DNA of 64,000 nucleotides from Nitrospinaceae bacterium (GTDB lineage Bacteria > Nitrospinota > Nitrospinia > Nitrospinales > Nitrospinaceae), in NCBI GenBank assembly GCA_965223665.1, contig OZ245011.1, forward strand, positions 3,136,001-3,200,000. The letters run 5' to 3'. A model generated the notes under the pieces. It was not told the DNA's origin. It was given only the letters and a program-made list of their open reading frames with translations, and made no database searches. The translations under genes and the position numbers were made by a program. Positions 19,437 to 29,162 of this stretch are shown one piece after another (the first letter of the stretch is position 1; each line of letters opens with the position of its first letter).

Positions 19437-20540
19437 ATGACATTTAAGTTTTTTCAGGAGACCTGCAAACATTCCTATTATTTATTAGGTTTGGTTGCCG
19501 TGAATATAATTTTTGGCTTGTCCTCTGTCGCTTTAGGTCATGAAGAAAAGTCACTTAAGGTAGTGATTGTAGGAGACACAGGAATTGGAGAACGTTCTGC
19601 GAAAAACAGTTTTAAGGCAATTCAAAAGGAGATGCAAAACCATAACGCTGATATTGTTTTGCATCTTGGAGATTTTGTCTATCAGCCGGATAAATTTCCA
19701 GAACATTGTCCGGACCGGTATATTGATACAATTAAGAAAACATTAGTAGATCCTTATTCAATCCGAATTTTTGTTGCAGGAGATAATGATTTGCCTCCAC
19801 ATAAATGGAAGCCCAAAGCCTCTGGTTGTTGGGAGAAAATTGCACCCATGGCAACACCTTTTGATTCGAACCATTCTAAAGAAAATGGGCCGAGAGACCT
19901 TGAAGGGGCTATTGAAATTGGACCAGCACTATTTGTTGTGTTAAATAACTATGATTGGAAAAATCCGGTTTCTTGGGTACAACCACTTATTAGAAAAGCA
20001 CGTCAACAAGAAAAATGGGTGATCTTTGCCCTTCACGAACCTCCTATAACAACGGCTTGGTATCGTAAGCGCAATCAACATATTTTTGAAGACATTAATA
20101 ATTTAAAACCCGATTTAGTATTCTCGGGAAATCAACACTCTTATGAAAGATTTTTTCCGATAAAAAAACTGGGTGATACAATTACTGCATTGGAAAAATC
20201 TTCTTATACACAAGGGTCAGGGATAACTTATATTGTCTCAGGAGGAGGAGGTGCTTTTTTTAAACCCTTTGCCGACATGCAAGGGATTAAAAAACGAACT
20301 GCTCCAAAAGAGATAAAAAATTCTCTTGCTATACGAAGTCTTATGTTTCATTTTGTCAGCTTAGAAATAGACGGTCATAAATTGAAGGGTAAAACAAATC
20401 TTGTTTGTCTCCCAACAGATGACGAAACCACAAACCCTAGGTGGCGTCCGGATGACACCATGTGGGAGGGGGTTAAATTGGAATGTGATGGCAAACCAAC
20501 TGGAACAACCGTATTTGATAGTTTCGAAATTAAAAAATAA
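19437..20540 (+). CDS. Secreted calcineurin-like metallophosphoesterase (purple acid phosphatase-like)
   Basis: Signal peptide; GDTG, LGDFVY, AGDND, LHEP, GNQHSYER and VSGGGG motifs. Confidence 0.8.
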   Translation: MTFKFFQETCKHSYYLLGLVAVNIIFGLSSVALGHEEKSLKVVIVGDTGIGERSAKNSFKAIQKEMQNHNADIVLHLGDFVYQPDKFPEHCPDRYIDTIKKTLVDPYSIRIFVAGDNDLPPHKWKPKASGCWEKIAPMATPFDSNHSKENGPRDLEGAIEIGPALFVVLNNYDWKNPVSWVQPLIRKARQQEKWVIFALHEPPITTAWYRKRNQHIFEDINNLKPDLVFSGNQHSYERFFPIKKLGDTITALEKSSYTQGSGITYIVSGGGGAFFKPFADMQGIKKRTAPKEIKNSLAIRSLMFHFVSLEIDGHKLKGKTNLVCLPTDDETTNPRWRPDDTMWEGVKLECDGKPTGTTVFDSFEIKK

Positions 20541-20588
20541 TAATTCTTGACTGGATTCAAATTTTCAAAAAGATCGATAGGAAAAAAT

Positions 20589-21530
20589 TTAAGAACCAAG
20601 GAAGGAGTTTATTTCATCAATTGTAGTTTTTACATCTGAGGCCGACTTGTCTAACGCCTTTTTTTCCTCATCGGTTAGTTTGAGCTCAATTATTTTATCA
20701 ATACCTTCATGTCCTAACTCAACCGGAACTCCAAAAAATATATCTTTCCAACCGTATTCTCCATCAAGATAAGCAGTGCAAGGAAGTATACGTCGTTTAT
20801 CTTGTAATATTGCTTCAATCATTTTAACAACGGAAGCACCGGGAGCCAGAAAAGCACTTCCTTTTTTTAGATACCCAACAATTTCCGCTCCACCTTTTCG
20901 GGTACGTTCAACTAAACGTTCAATTTGTTCCTGTGTCATGAGATCGGTAATCGAAATACCGGAAACGGTAGTATAACGTGGCATAGGAACCATAGAGTCC
21001 CCATGACCTCCCAATACCATGGCGTCAACATCTACTAAAGAACAGGATAATTCAAGTGAAACAAAAGTACGAAATCTTGCAGAATCCAGTACACCTGCCA
21101 TCCCAATGACTTGTTTTCTAGATAAACCCGAAACTTTTTTGGTGAGATAAACCATGGCATCCAATGGATTTGAGACAACAATAATTATCGGGTCTTTAGA
21201 ATATTTCATTATTTCTTCAGTAACACTTTTTACAATATTTGCATTTGTAATTAAGAGGTCAGATCTATCTTGACCTGGTTTTCTAGGAACTCCAGCAGTA
21301 ATAACTACGATATCTGAATCTTTAGTGTCACTGTAATCATTGGTGCCTTGTACCAGACTGTCAAATACTTGAAGACAACCGGATTGTTGCAAATCTAATG
21401 CTTTTCCTTGAGGAATTCCCTCTACAATATCGATGAGAACAACGTTGCCCAAATTTTTATATGCAATCAGTTGGGCAACAGTGGTGCCCACCTGCCCGGC
21501 TCCTACAACAGTGATTTTTCTTCGCATCAT
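20589..21530 (-). CDS. mdh: Malate dehydrogenase (LDH-like)
   Basis: GAGQVG, GKALD, AGVPRKPGQDR, VSNPLD, GVLDSARF and GGHGD motifs. Confidence 0.97.
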   Translation of the reverse strand: MMRRKITVVGAGQVGTTVAQLIAYKNLGNVVLIDIVEGIPQGKALDLQQSGCLQVFDSLVQGTNDYSDTKDSDIVVITAGVPRKPGQDRSDLLITNANIVKSVTEEIMKYSKDPIIIVVSNPLDAMVYLTKKVSGLSRKQVIGMAGVLDSARFRTFVSLELSCSLVDVDAMVLGGHGDSMVPMPRYTTVSGISITDLMTQEQIERLVERTRKGGAEIVGYLKKGSAFLAPGASVVKMIEAILQDKRRILPCTAYLDGEYGWKDIFFGVPVELGHEGIDKIIELKLTDEEKKALDKSASDVKTTIDEINSFLGS

Positions 21531-21718
21531 TTAGCTCCTAAAATAGGTCAGAGACTCTTAAGGTGCAATTGACTGAGAAATTATTTTCTCAATATTTTTT
21601 TACTTATAAAAATCTTAAAACTTACGGGAAATATTTAAACTAAAATAAAATCGGCGAAATACAAATCCCTATTTTTAAAGGGAATACAAGAGTACAACTC
21701 AATGTAAATGAATGAGGT

Positions 21719-21747
21719 AAACTAAATTATACAACCCCTTTTGTCAA
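21719..21747 (-). promoter_or_regulatory. Putative sigma70 promoter of mdh
   Basis: Minus strand reads TTGACA-N17-TAGTTT, about 190 bp upstream of mdh. Confidence 0.5.
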
Positions 21748-21918
21748 GAATTTTTGCTAAGATCGAAAACGGTCTTTATTGAGAAAATTTGCTATAGTAA
21801 TTTCTTATTTGAATGGTAAGTTTTGCTCTTCCATTCCTAAGAGTTTTGTTTTATATCTGACCCGTAAAGATTTCCTTATATTACAATTACATTCAGATTA
21901 ACTTCATTTGGAATCACT

Positions 21919-24627
21919 TTGGCCTCTCTTTCCAAAAAATATCAATTTTCTATCGATTTTTCTTCTCTTGGCGATATCCCAATAGAATCCAAAGAAAGAT
22001 TGGGTTACTTCCAAAAGTTTATGGGTCTTTTGGAAGAAGAGAGGAAAAAAATTAAGCAATGGCACAGGTCGGGAGCGGGCGGAAGGGAAGTAGTTCAGGC
22101 TCATACAGGTCTTATTGATGAAACAATAAAATATGTGATTACGACCCTCGCCAATTTATCAGATGTAAAAAATAAAACTCTTTTAGATAAGTTTGCTTTG
22201 GTGGCAGTAGGTGGTTATGGACGTGGAGAGCTCAACCCTTGCTCGGACATTGATCTTTTGTTTCTTTATCAGGGTAAATTAGATAAGGCATTAGATTCCT
22301 TTATTCAGGATAGTATTTCTGTTCTTTGGGGGATCAATTTAGAAATTGGTCATAGTTGTCGAACCGTTAAAGATTGTCAAAATATGGCTCTCCAAGACAC
22401 CACCATTCGTACCTCAATGGTTGAAATGCGTCTCTTAATTGGAAATATTAATTTATATAAAAAACTTTGGGGTGCCATTCGAAAAAATGTTTTTAAGAAA
22501 AATTCTTTCAATTTTCTAAATGGACAGCTAAAGGATTTCTTGGCCAGAAAAGAAGCGAAAGAAGGTGTTACAAGTCAACTAGAACCGGATATAAAAAATG
22601 GTCCGGGGGGCTTGCGAGATTACCATTTAACGCAATGGGCTGTGGCTATTCGTTTCGAAGGGCAATCTTATTCCGAATTAAACAGGCAGGATATTATTTC
22701 CTCAAAAGAATTGGATGCTTTAGAAAAGTCAGTTGATTTTTTGTTAAGGGTGAGGAATGAGCTTCACTACTTAAAGAATAAAAAAGCCGATAAACTGGAT
22801 TTGGATGTTCAAAAACTGTTAGCCAAAAATTTAAATTATAAAGAACCAAATGAAAGTGCCCGAGCGGAGTTCTTTATGCGAGATTATTATTCGCATGCTA
22901 CATCTATAAGGCAAATAGCAGATGATGTTTTTAATAGATGTTTAGAAGCAAAACCACTAATTAAATCTGTCATTTCAAACCTAAGACAAAAGAAATTGTC
23001 GAATGGGTTTTCTATTCGCCAATCACAATTGACCTTAATTGAAAATGAAAAGTTCTTGTTGGGAAAAGATAAAGATCTTTTTCTTGAAGTATTTCAATAT
23101 TGTCAGGAATACAACATTAAACCAAGTTCTCAATTGAAACGGATTATTAGAGAAAACCTAGCTCTAATAGATTCAGATTTCTTGCAAAAAGAATCTGTGG
23201 GAAATTATTTTATGGGGTTATTAGAAATTCCTGATTCAGAAAAAATATTAAGGCTAATGCATGAAATTGGAGTTTTAGGCCGTTTGTTACCCGAATTCGA
23301 GCAGATTCTTTTTCAAGTTAATTACGATTATTATCATCGCTATACGACGGATGAACACTCACTTAGAATGGTAAAATTTTTAGAACAAATTCCGTTGTTA
23401 GAAGAGGAAAACCTTGGTCGAATTAAAACAATTTATATTGAAAATAAAGAATTACCCATACTTAAATTAGCCTGTCTGTTGCATGCCTTGGGTGAAAAGC
23501 GTCAAACAAGAAAACAAACTATTAAATCGGCTCTTAAGAGAGTGATCATCGATTTGAAAATTAACGAAAATCAGCGAAAATCACTGGTTTTTCTTATAGA
23601 AAATTTAAATACGATGAATGAAATTTCTTTTCACAAGGATATTCATGAACAATCCACTATAAAAAATTTTGGAGAGCTGGTTGAGTCAGTGGATCAACTA
23701 AATTTACTGTTGCTAATCAGTTATGCTGAACTGAAAGCTGTTGCACCGGATACATGGACAGCGTGGAAAAAAATATTACTTTTAGAGCTTTATCATAGAA
23801 CACGCAATTTTTTAGTCCGACCAGAATCTTTAGAAGACAAACCTAATGCAACTCGTTCGGCGGTTATATCTTCGCTGAGAAAAGAAATACCTCAGGAAAT
23901 GATTATTGAACATTTTAATTTAATGCCTGAGGATTATCTTCAAATTGCGGATTCCAAAAATGTTATCGATCATATTCGATTAATAAATCAGTTAAAAGAA
24001 CAACCCTTTGTATTTAAAACCCAATATAATGAATCAGGAAATTTTTATGATCTGATTTTATGTTGTCCCAGTAATATCAATGTAGTTAAAAATCTTATAG
24101 GTGTTTTGACTGCAAAAGCCCTCAATATTCTGGGAGCCCAGATTTTTTCTCGAAAAGATAATCTTGCCGTAATTATTTTACAAATTGAAGGAGAACAAGC
24201 CACCCAAATACATGGAGATGCTGATAAAGTTTGGAAAGTGGTGCAAGAGGACTTTATGGCTCTTGTGGAAAAACGAATTACCCTCAATACTCTTCTTAAG
24301 GGGCGCACAAGGTTAATAAATGAAGACAATTCAAAAGCTCCTATTTTGCCAAGAATTCAAACGGATAATTTCCCAGACAACTCCTATACTTTTATTAGAA
24401 TTGAAGCGAAAGATCATCCTGGGATGCTGTATAAAATTGTTCATTCTCTAGCAAAATTTGGAATTGAGCTTCACAGAGCAAAAATTTCAACTAAAGGAGG
24501 ACGCGGAATTGATGTTTTTTCTGTATCTTTGAGAAATGAAAAAATTAGCTTTCAACCTCTTTTGAGAAAATTGCGAGAAAGTTTAATTAACTCACTTTTG
24601 GTTGAACGGTTAGAAGATCTTTATTAA
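21919..24627 (+). CDS. glnD: [Protein-PII] uridylyltransferase with degenerate HD domain
   Basis: GGYGRGELNPCSDIDL nucleotidyltransferase motif, EPDIKNGPGGLRD, YHRYTTDEH and C-terminal ACT domains (DHPGML). Confidence 0.93.
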   Translation: MASLSKKYQFSIDFSSLGDIPIESKERLGYFQKFMGLLEEERKKIKQWHRSGAGGREVVQAHTGLIDETIKYVITTLANLSDVKNKTLLDKFALVAVGGYGRGELNPCSDIDLLFLYQGKLDKALDSFIQDSISVLWGINLEIGHSCRTVKDCQNMALQDTTIRTSMVEMRLLIGNINLYKKLWGAIRKNVFKKNSFNFLNGQLKDFLARKEAKEGVTSQLEPDIKNGPGGLRDYHLTQWAVAIRFEGQSYSELNRQDIISSKELDALEKSVDFLLRVRNELHYLKNKKADKLDLDVQKLLAKNLNYKEPNESARAEFFMRDYYSHATSIRQIADDVFNRCLEAKPLIKSVISNLRQKKLSNGFSIRQSQLTLIENEKFLLGKDKDLFLEVFQYCQEYNIKPSSQLKRIIRENLALIDSDFLQKESVGNYFMGLLEIPDSEKILRLMHEIGVLGRLLPEFEQILFQVNYDYYHRYTTDEHSLRMVKFLEQIPLLEEENLGRIKTIYIENKELPILKLACLLHALGEKRQTRKQTIKSALKRVIIDLKINENQRKSLVFLIENLNTMNEISFHKDIHEQSTIKNFGELVESVDQLNLLLLISYAELKAVAPDTWTAWKKILLLELYHRTRNFLVRPESLEDKPNATRSAVISSLRKEIPQEMIIEHFNLMPEDYLQIADSKNVIDHIRLINQLKEQPFVFKTQYNESGNFYDLILCCPSNINVVKNLIGVLTAKALNILGAQIFSRKDNLAVIILQIEGEQATQIHGDADKVWKVVQEDFMALVEKRITLNTLLKGRTRLINEDNSKAPILPRIQTDNFPDNSYTFIRIEAKDHPGMLYKIVHSLAKFGIELHRAKISTKGGRGIDVFSVSLRNEKISFQPLLRKLRESLINSLLVERLEDLY

Positions 24628-24637
24628 TCCATATTTC

Positions 24638-25495
24638 GTGATAGTGGCAATGGAAAAATTGTCTTTAAACGATATCCCTGAACTTTATGGACTATCTCAA
24701 GGAGCGGGCTGGGAACATTCCATTGAAGACTGGAAAACTATTCTTAATGTAGGAATGATTTATGGTCTCCGGTCTGCAAACAATGATTTAATGGCTTGTG
24801 CGGGTATTTTTGAATTTGGAAAAGAGCTAGCATCGATTGGAATGGTCCTGGTTTGTCCCAAAGAACAAGGCAAGGGTTTGGGAAAAAAATTAATCAATTA
24901 TATTTTGTATGAGAGGAATAATTTTTCATCAAGAATTATCCTGGTTGCAGGGGTTAAAGCCAAATCTTACTATGAAAAATTTGGTTTCCAGCAAATTGAA
25001 TCCATATCAAAATTGGTAGGTGAAAAACTTTCTTGGAAAATTAACATTCCAAAAGATTCACAAATGATAGTAACCTCAATTTCAATGGATGACTTAAGGG
25101 TTTTAAATCAAATTGACTGTCAAATTACTGGTGGAAATCGTGAGCGAATGATTCGAGCAAGGATTGAGCAGTCTCAAAGGGGTGTATTAATCAAGAATTT
25201 AAAAGGTGTCGTTTTGGGTTTTGGTATGGGGTCTATTAATGAAAAACACTTACTTTTAGGTCCTATTGAGGCCTTCAATCGATATGTGGTCCTCAAAGTA
25301 ATTCAGGCATTAACCAAAAATCATAAGGGAGGTATCAGGCTGGATATATTAGACCAACACAATGAATTGATTAATGAATTAATTTCAGTTGGATTTAAAA
25401 GAGAGGCACAACAACCTATCATGAGTTTGAATGGTGAATCTCTTCCAGGTAAACGAGACCATCTTTTTGCGATAACTTCCCAAGCTTTTGGGTAA
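24638..25495 (+). CDS. GNAT family N-acetyltransferase (tandem GNAT, YitH-like)
   Basis: IGMVLV..EQGKGLGK acetyl-CoA motif, YEKFGF, and a second degenerate domain (LGPI.A). Confidence 0.8.
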   Translation: MIVAMEKLSLNDIPELYGLSQGAGWEHSIEDWKTILNVGMIYGLRSANNDLMACAGIFEFGKELASIGMVLVCPKEQGKGLGKKLINYILYERNNFSSRIILVAGVKAKSYYEKFGFQQIESISKLVGEKLSWKINIPKDSQMIVTSISMDDLRVLNQIDCQITGGNRERMIRARIEQSQRGVLIKNLKGVVLGFGMGSINEKHLLLGPIEAFNRYVVLKVIQALTKNHKGGIRLDILDQHNELINELISVGFKREAQQPIMSLNGESLPGKRDHLFAITSQAFG

Positions 25496-25497
25496 AA

Positions 25498-25535
25498 AAC
25501 TCCTCTGAAACTTTTTTATAAGTTCCAGAGGAGTT
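25498..25535. terminator. Likely bidirectional terminator between convergent genes
   Basis: AACTCCTCTG...CAGAGGAGTT inverted repeat with inner AACTT/AAGTT, flanked by A and T tracts. Confidence 0.65.
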
Positions 25536-25587
25536 AAAGTTTTTTTTCATCAATTGTGGATTGATGGATATCCCAATAAAAATTATC

Positions 25588-26313
25588 TTATTTATAGATT
25601 GAAACGCTGATGGCACCACCCAGGTCACCTTCGTGGCCACCAGATTTTCCAGCGTGGATTCCAGCGCCAGCATCACCACCGTGACAACCCATACAGCCCG
25701 CTTTATAATATTCAGGTAAGATCAAGCGGAACGCTTTTTTTCCATTATGAGTGGTTAACTCAGAAAAGGTTTGACCCTTTTTCCAATCCCCTTTTAGAAA
25801 CTTTCCATCAATAACACTTTTTTCCCAATCATCTGCTTTGTTAGAAGCATTCACTAAATATTTATCTTGGGTAGTGAGTTTAAGGTACATTTTTCCACCT
25901 GAAGTTTCCCCAAATCGTGTGGCTGCCTTTCTGGCAAAAATCGCAGGAAGAAAACGCCCTTTGGGATCTAAATCTTTATCTTTACCGCTAATGACATCTC
26001 CTACTACTCCCTTAATTGCGGTAATCAGAACATCCTGGGCTTTTCCCAAATCGCCGGCGCCTTTTTCAAAGCTTTTTCCTGCCATTTTTGCATAATTGTC
26101 TTTAGTAATCGCAAGGAATTTGTCTACGTCAATTCCGGCCCCAGTGGGGTTTTTGATCAGCGGTTTATTTTGAACCAAAACCGCTCTTGAAGATTTCAGT
26201 AATAAAGTCAATTCTTTAGCTATTGCTTCATCATTACTTGCAAAACCAGAGTTAGCGCAAAAACCAATCATCAAACAAAACAGCATCACAAAAGAAAACA
26301 AGAATTTTCTCAT
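25588..26313 (-). CDS. Exported c-type heme protein, Tll0287-like/DUF3365
   Basis: Signal peptide; N.ADDWE, single CMGCH motif and terminal GDLGGAISV; RBS GGAGG. Confidence 0.82.
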   Translation of the reverse strand: MRKFLFSFVMLFCLMIGFCANSGFASNDEAIAKELTLLLKSSRAVLVQNKPLIKNPTGAGIDVDKFLAITKDNYAKMAGKSFEKGAGDLGKAQDVLITAIKGVVGDVISGKDKDLDPKGRFLPAIFARKAATRFGETSGGKMYLKLTTQDKYLVNASNKADDWEKSVIDGKFLKGDWKKGQTFSELTTHNGKKAFRLILPEYYKAGCMGCHGGDAGAGIHAGKSGGHEGDLGGAISVSIYK

Positions 26314-27428
26314 AGGACGTCCTCCCCTTTTATAAAAAGGAATAATATTGGTATAAATAACTTGGAATTCGAAAAAGGATTATAATGGAATCCAAAGAAA
26401 ATACTAAAAATAATTGCTTGAAAGTATATAAAATACGATTTTTCAATGATTTTTAATTGTGAATTAATATAATTTAAAATGGAAATAGCTTCTAATGGTA
26501 AGAAAATTCCTAATTTTTTAAGAAAATTCTTATTGAGTTTAGCGATATAAACTTTCGCTAAAATTTATCTTATTTTTACAAATAAAAAATAATTTCAGAA
26601 ATTTCCAAATGAAAAACGCAGCATTTTGAAATAGAAAGTCTTCGGGGGGTACCTAAATTAGGCAGAGAGTTTTATTTTGAATGAAAAAGTATTCATATTT
26701 ATTTAAATAATTAAACCAGGTAATTCGATGAGGTTATATATTTTTCTAAGAAAGTTTTTATTAGTAACTAAAATGTATGAATTAAACTTAAACCAAATCA
26801 TCAAAATGAATTGCGGTCATTTTAAAAAGTATATTTAAGAGAAATTGATTGTAAATAGGGTGAAAAGAAAATGAAAAGTAAAAAGTCATTTTTAATATTC
26901 ATGGCTTAATGTAATATAATATAAAGAGAGCTTAAGTATTTGTTTTTATTGTTATAGAGATTGGTGTTGCTAAAAATTCATTTAGCGAATCCGTTTTATG
27001 GAAATATCCTAGTGAAATCCTAACCATTTTTAAAGTGTTCCAAAATAAAAATCCCATAAAAAAAAGAAAATATTAGTTTTTTAATTTATAATAAAGCCCC
27101 CTGGGAAATTAAAGGAAATATTAAATGGAGAGTTCAAAAATCAATTTTTTCATCCTTTAAGGACCCTGTAAAAAAGAATAGCTTTTTTACAAGTCTTCCT
27201 TAATATAGCGTTCGTGATTTATCCTGTAGTTTGTGGGTGAGTGATTCCGAAAACGGGAGGGTGGCCGGAAAACATTCAAACAAACCTTTGCAAAGCGAAT
27301 ATAGTTTTGATGCGATACATTTGAGTCGCTTATTTGGCTTTTGTTTTTCGTCAATTTCTTATTTACGGCTATACCCATTTAAATTGTAATCTTCAGAGAA
27401 GACTTTAGAAGAGTTTCTGGTCACCTAT

Positions 27429-28754
27429 ATGAAAATAAAAACAAGACTTTATTATTTATTACGAAATAATTTCGTATATAAAGATTGGGCTGAATACTAT
27501 AAAAAGACTTTTGGGTTAGCGAATAATAAAGTCATTCATTCCCTATTAAATGACCTTTTGATTCATGCAAGAGAAAATGTTCCCTTTTACAGTAGACGCA
27601 TTCCCTACAAAAGTGATCTGCAAAACTTTCTTCATGAAATACCCATACTTCGTAGAGAAACAATAGAAAAAAATTTGGAACAATTAAAATCTATAGATTT
27701 TTCACAGCGTCCTCATTTTTTGAACAGTTCAAGTGGTTCAACCGCTCAACCTATACAATTTTATCAAGATCAAGAATACAACCAATGGTTGCTGGCAACT
27801 GAAAATTATTATTACCAAAAATTTTTAGGAATTGATTATGCGGATACGAAAAAGGTAATCATATGGGGTTCTGCAAGAGATTTAAAAACTTCATCAACCT
27901 TAAAGTCTAAGGTTGGCCAATTTCTCAGCAGTACGTATTACCTTAATTCATTTGATGATTCTCCCCATATTTGGAAGAATTTTGTTGATAGGATCAATCA
28001 TATTAAGCCTGATTTAATTAAAAGTTATGCAAGTAGTTTATTTTTACTTGCAAAGCAAATAAAAGAAAAAAACTTAAAGTGTCACCGCCCTAAATATTTA
28101 ATTACTTCCGCCGAGACGCTTAAACCCTATATGCGAGAGACCATTGAGGAAGTATTTCAACAAAACGTCCAGGATTATTATGGGAGTCGTGAATTAGGAA
28201 TAATTGCTGCTCAATGTACAAAAGGAAAAATGCACACCTTTCCTTTCTTTAATTATGTAGAAATTGCTGATAGTAAAGGTGAGCCAGTCAAACCGGGTGA
28301 AGATGGTATTATTTTGATCACTAACTTACGAAATTTCTCCATGCCATTTATTAGATATCAATTAGGGGATACTGCCATAATGGGAGATCATTGCCTTTGT
28401 GGGGAGGCAACTCCCGTTTTAGAAAAAGTTACCGGTAGAATAGCTGACCATTTTCTTGCCCATGATGGAAGTCAAGTCCATGGTTTGTTTTTTAGTCGGA
28501 TGTTTTTCTTTAAAAAATGGGTAGCAGAATTTCAACTATTACAAAAAGAAATTGACTTAATTGAAATTCATTTTGTTCCCAAAGAATTGCCCTCATCTTC
28601 TGATAAAGAGGAAATAAACAGGAAAATAAGGGAAAGAATGGGAGAACAATGTCGCATCCATTGGGTAGAAAAAGAAAAAATTCATCGAACCCGTGAAGGT
28701 AAGTGGCTTGTTACCAAAAATTTAATCAATAAAGAAAAAACCCCGGTTTCTTAA
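27429..28754 (+). CDS. Phenylacetate-CoA ligase family (CapK/PaaK-like) adenylating enzyme
   Basis: ARENVPFY, SSSGSTAQP P-loop, YGSRE, PFIRYQLGD and TGR motifs. Confidence 0.82.
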   Translation: MKIKTRLYYLLRNNFVYKDWAEYYKKTFGLANNKVIHSLLNDLLIHARENVPFYSRRIPYKSDLQNFLHEIPILRRETIEKNLEQLKSIDFSQRPHFLNSSSGSTAQPIQFYQDQEYNQWLLATENYYYQKFLGIDYADTKKVIIWGSARDLKTSSTLKSKVGQFLSSTYYLNSFDDSPHIWKNFVDRINHIKPDLIKSYASSLFLLAKQIKEKNLKCHRPKYLITSAETLKPYMRETIEEVFQQNVQDYYGSRELGIIAAQCTKGKMHTFPFFNYVEIADSKGEPVKPGEDGIILITNLRNFSMPFIRYQLGDTAIMGDHCLCGEATPVLEKVTGRIADHFLAHDGSQVHGLFFSRMFFFKKWVAEFQLLQKEIDLIEIHFVPKELPSSSDKEEINRKIRERMGEQCRIHWVEKEKIHRTREGKWLVTKNLINKEKTPVS

Positions 28755-28789
28755 AAACAAATCAGCCAATCCTTCATCTTTTTTGAAAA

Positions 28790-29098
28790 TTATTTGTTAA
28801 GCTCCTTGCCTAACTTTTTTTCTACCGAAGCCATTTTTGATTCTAGTCGACCAGTTTTTCCTTTCCGATAATCAATTTTTATTGCGCAGGTGATTCGATT
28901 ACAGTCAGAGCTCATTTTTTCATAGCACTTTTTTACCACTTCCATCACTTCATCCCATTCCCCTTCGAGAACCGTTCCCATCGGATTTAAACGATAAGGA
29001 ACCCCACTATTTGAAATAATATCCAGGGAACGGCTGACATAGGGGCTGACACTTTCCCCCTTATCCATAGGCGACATGCTAAATTCAAGAAGAATCAT
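28790..29098 (-). CDS. MTH1187/YkoF family thiamine-binding protein
   Basis: EFSMSP..GESVS.YV...PMGTVLEGEWDEV...IKIDYR pattern. Confidence 0.88.
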   Translation of the reverse strand: MILLEFSMSPMDKGESVSPYVSRSLDIISNSGVPYRLNPMGTVLEGEWDEVMEVVKKCYEKMSSDCNRITCAIKIDYRKGKTGRLESKMASVEKKLGKELNK

Positions 29099-29162
29099 TA
29101 GGTTTCCTTTCTAATAACATTCTGTTGATCTGAATTTTATACTTGCATTTTAGTAGGGAAAT

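Noticed and set aside
27187-27378. 63-aa ORF in the long intergenic region
   Set aside because: No RBS or motif; it cannot be distinguished from a chance ORF.
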